NCBI GenBank assembly: GCA_024641505.1
Contig: JAHECY010000007.1
Location: forward strand, 7,250 to 71,249
Reading direction: 5' to 3'
DNA: 64,000 nt
Source of the DNA: Gammaproteobacteria bacterium
GTDB taxonomy: Bacteria; Pseudomonadota; Gammaproteobacteria; SG8-11
Below, piece after piece: positions 61,457 through 64,000 of this stretch (position 1 is the first letter of the stretch; each line of letters opens with the position of its first letter). The notes beneath the pieces are model-generated. The model did not search any database and was not told the DNA's origin. It was given only the letters and a program-made list of their open reading frames with translations. The translations under genes and the position numbers were made by a program.

Positions 61457-63869
61457 AGCAATTTTCCTTTGGTTGTAGCAACGTGAGCACGAGCAGAGCA
61501 TTTTGTTTTGGTGCGTGATCCGGATCTTGAGGGTCATGTAATATGGGGCCGATACATGCCGGACACCCGATACGGCAAGCGCAGGCAGCGATCAATTGTT
61601 GCGCCCGTTCTACCACGGTAAGGCGTAAATCATACAGCGGCACTGACAACCCTACCCCGCCCGGGTAGTTGTCATAAAGGAACAATGCCGGCGAAAATTG
61701 CTGCTTCAGATCGCGAACATCCATGGCATCGCCGGAGAAGTTCCGCAGGCTGCCACGTCCGTTACTGCCGAGAGTCACAAACCAGGCGGCGTCGCCATTG
61801 CCGACCGCGCGACCAAGATCGTGCGGCTCCGACATCAGCAGCAAGGCGGCAATATGGTGCATGGCATAGGCCGCGCCAAGAAAACCATCCAGTGCGTGCC
61901 AACGATTTGGAAAATGCTGGTCCAGAAGACTGGCACCGATCTGCCACCAAACAGCCGTGGTGTGCATTTCATGATCCGGCAAATTCACCTTGCCGTAGCC
62001 GACATTCTCATGACTGTAATAGCGAATCTTCTTATACCCGGAAACACGTCGTACCACGTGTACCTCGCCGCGCACGACCCCACTGTTTTCTTGACTGCTG
62101 GTCTCAAAACGATCAAGAATTTTTAGGCGTGTATAGTCAATGGCATCTGTATAATAATCCGCGCGAGTACGCGTTACAAAAGCCTTGCGCCCTTCCCAAT
62201 CCAGTTTCTCAACCTGCCACGGCTGGGCTTGGATCATATATATCGCGCCTTCATACAGAGTCAGAGCCGCGCCACTGTAATCGACTTCGGCGATAACCGT
62301 CTGCTGACCACCCGTGGTGTCGATGACCACGAAATTACCATTGGCCACGGATCGCAGGCTGACGCTGTTCGCCGGATAAGCATCGGCCATCCAGTGCCAG
62401 GTATCGCCTTCCCGGTGAATGAGCCCTTCTTCCTCAAGATAGGCGAGAAATTCGAGCAGAGACTCCTTGCCGAAGGACTCACCACGAGTAAAAGGTAACT
62501 CAAACGCCGCGCATCTAATGTGGTCGAGAAGAATCAAGAGTTGGTCCGCGTGAATGTGCGCATGTTCCGGTGACGCATCAAAAAAATATTGCGGATGACG
62601 AATGACGAACTGGTCAAGCGGTAGACTGGTGGCAACTAAAACACCCAGTGAGGGACGATGCCTGCGCCCGGCCCGACCCAAACGCTGCCAGGTACCCGCG
62701 ATGGTACCGGGATAACCATTGAGTATGCACACATCCAGCGCTCCGATGTCCACTCCCAGCTCTAAAGCGGAGGTTGCCACGACACAATCCAGCGCGCCCT
62801 TGCGTAATCGCTGCTCCGTGCCACGCCGCTCCGTCGGCAGGTAACCGCCGCGATAGGCCCTGACGCGCTCCGGCTTACGCGGGTCTTTATCGAAATGATC
62901 CTTGAGATACTTGGTAATTACTTCCACTGCCAAGCGGGATTGCGCAAACACAATGCATTTCAAGCCGGTCTGGATCGCCCGTTTCACAACCCGGTGCGTC
63001 TGCGAACGTGCGGACGCGCGAATTCCTAAATCGGCATTGACCACCGGAGGATTCCAAAACAGAATATGTTTCGGTCCGCGCGGAGCGCCGCTGTCCGTAA
63101 TGGCCGTGACCGCATCATCCAGCAACGCTGTAGCCAGTTCCTGCGGATTGGCAATGGTCGCGGAACACAGAATAAATTGCGGCGCACTGCCATAGAAACT
63201 GCAAATTCTTTTCAAACGACGTATCACATTCGCCATGTGGGACCCGAACACGCCCCGGTAAATGTGCATTTCATCAATTACCACGTAACGCAGATTCTGA
63301 AAGAACTGAGCCCATTTTGTATGATGCGGCAATATCCCCTGATGCAGCATATCCGGATTAGACACCACAATATCACCATGCATGCGCACCGCTTTGCGCG
63401 CATCGCCCGGAGTATCGCCATCAAAGGTATGCGCCCTGATACCCAGCCCACCCGCTTTATTAAGCTCGATAAGTTCCGCCACTTGATCCTGTGCTAAGGC
63501 CTTGGTCGGAAATAAATACAAGGCCTTTGCGGAATCCGACAACACTGACTGCAACACCGGCAGGTTGTAGCACAATGTCTTTCCGGATGCCGTGGGCGTT
63601 ACGACGACCGTATTTGCACCCTGTTGCGCGAGATCCCAGGCACGCGCCTGATGAGAGTAGAGGGTCTGGATCCCCTTGTGATCAAGTGCCGTCACTAGAC
63701 GGGAATCCAGGCCCTCAGGCAAAGGCGCATAGGTCCCCGTAACCGCCGGCAATTCCATGGCACCGGTAATACAGCTCGCAAACCCTTGGGATAAGCCATA
63801 AACTACTGATTCAATGGCATTATCTTGAGGTTCACAAATTTCCTGCGCGTTCTTAAGGGCCATGGGCAT
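61443..63869 (-). CDS. DEAD/DEAH-box (Ski2-like) helicase with a C-terminal DUF1998 zinc-ribbon domain (MrfA/YprA-like)
   Basis: Walker A TASGKT, DEMH box, helicase C motifs and a C-terminal four-Cys cluster CACRIGCPACIGP. 808 aa. Confidence 0.75.
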   Translation of the reverse strand: MPMALKNAQEICEPQDNAIESVVYGLSQGFASCITGAMELPAVTGTYAPLPEGLDSRLVTALDHKGIQTLYSHQARAWDLAQQGANTVVVTPTASGKTLCYNLPVLQSVLSDSAKALYLFPTKALAQDQVAELIELNKAGGLGIRAHTFDGDTPGDARKAVRMHGDIVVSNPDMLHQGILPHHTKWAQFFQNLRYVVIDEMHIYRGVFGSHMANVIRRLKRICSFYGSAPQFILCSATIANPQELATALLDDAVTAITDSGAPRGPKHILFWNPPVVNADLGIRASARSQTHRVVKRAIQTGLKCIVFAQSRLAVEVITKYLKDHFDKDPRKPERVRAYRGGYLPTERRGTEQRLRKGALDCVVATSALELGVDIGALDVCILNGYPGTIAGTWQRLGRAGRRHRPSLGVLVATSLPLDQFVIRHPQYFFDASPEHAHIHADQLLILLDHIRCAAFELPFTRGESFGKESLLEFLAYLEEEGLIHREGDTWHWMADAYPANSVSLRSVANGNFVVIDTTGGQQTVIAEVDYSGAALTLYEGAIYMIQAQPWQVEKLDWEGRKAFVTRTRADYYTDAIDYTRLKILDRFETSSQENSGVVRGEVHVVRRVSGYKKIRYYSHENVGYGKVNLPDHEMHTTAVWWQIGASLLDQHFPNRWHALDGFLGAAYAMHHIAALLLMSEPHDLGRAVGNGDAAWFVTLGSNGRGSLRNFSGDAMDVRDLKQQFSPALFLYDNYPGGVGLSVPLYDLRLTVVERAQQLIAACACRIGCPACIGPILHDPQDPDHAPKQNALLVLTLLQPKENCYVIN

Positions 63870-63880
63870 GTAAAAATCCA

Positions 63881-63928
63881 GTTCTCTTTATGTTCTCTAT
63901 GTGCTAGAGTATAGAACATAAAGAGAAC
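63881..63928. promoter_or_regulatory. Perfect 15-bp inverted repeat GTTCTCTTTATGTTC ...18 bp... GAACATAAAGAGAAC. Each arm is a GTTC-N7-GTTC direct repeat. Candidate LexA/repressor operators in the divergent promoter.
   Basis: Read directly from the sequence. Located between the helicase start (63869, minus) and the lexA-like start (63943, plus). Confidence 0.4.
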
Positions 63929-63942
63929 AAAAGGAAAGACCC

Positions 63943-64000
63943 ATGATTAAAAAAAATCTGACGCGCCGGCAGCAGGAAATCTCTGACTACCTGCAAAGCC
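63943..64000 (+). CDS. 5' end of a LexA-like repressor gene (partial)
   Basis: N-terminus MIKKNLTRRQQEISDYLQS resembles the LexA wHTH start (M.. LT.RQ.E...I...). Only 19 codons are in the window. Confidence 0.35.
   Translation, partial: MIKKNLTRRQQEISDYLQS

Noticed and set aside
1-64000. CRISPR arrays, IS elements, integrases and prophage genes
   Set aside because: No direct-repeat arrays were seen. No transposase or integrase-like ORFs were found.

Overview
This is a 64 kb chromosomal window from a proteobacterium with mixed GC content. Its housekeeping gene order is the one conserved in beta- and gammaproteobacteria. I found no rRNA, tRNA, CRISPR array, transposase or obvious repeat family, so it reads as mostly core genome with a signalling-rich segment in the middle.

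Left third (1-17.5 kb):
- A CPA2 antiporter.
- A four-gene copper nitrite reductase cluster: multicopper oxidase, dihaem cytochrome c, monohaem cytochrome c and NirK. This is the ncgABC-nirK arrangement described for Nitrosomonas. Its promoter carries a palindrome nearly identical to an enterobacterial NsrR operator.
- A secreted caspase-like (C14) peptidase translationally coupled to an outer-membrane beta-barrel.
- A PhnD-like binding protein coupled to a hybrid histidine kinase.
- A bacteriohemerythrin, an RRM protein, a DUF2132 protein, hemolysin-III and hflK-hflC.

Middle (18-32 kb), a dense signalling island:
- An HD-GYP protein, a GAF histidine kinase, a roadblock/LC7 protein and a stand-alone sensor globin.
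- Three unrecognised proteins, one with a degenerate receiver domain.
- A Cys-less Rrf2 regulator, a REC-histidine kinase fusion and a cNMP-binding protein.
- A beta-propeller surface protein, a class V aminotransferase, DUF3467, a SAM methyltransferase and an OB-fold periplasmic protein.

Right half (32.8-64 kb):
- The conserved block tatD-pilZ-holB-tmk-mltG-pabC-pabB-fabF-acpP-fabG-fabD-fabH-plsX-rpmF-yceD.
- A two-subunit pyruvate carboxylase (pycAB) inserted before maf-sppA-HAD-rluC and divergent rne.
- A low-molecular-weight phosphotyrosine phosphatase, a P-type ATPase and a TfoX-N protein.
- An MrfA/MrfB-like helicase and exonuclease pair divergent from a lexA-like gene, with a perfect GTTC-N7-GTTC inverted-repeat operator candidate between them.

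The best candidate for an undescribed system is the roadblock + sensor globin + pseudo-receiver cluster at 21.2-25.2 kb.
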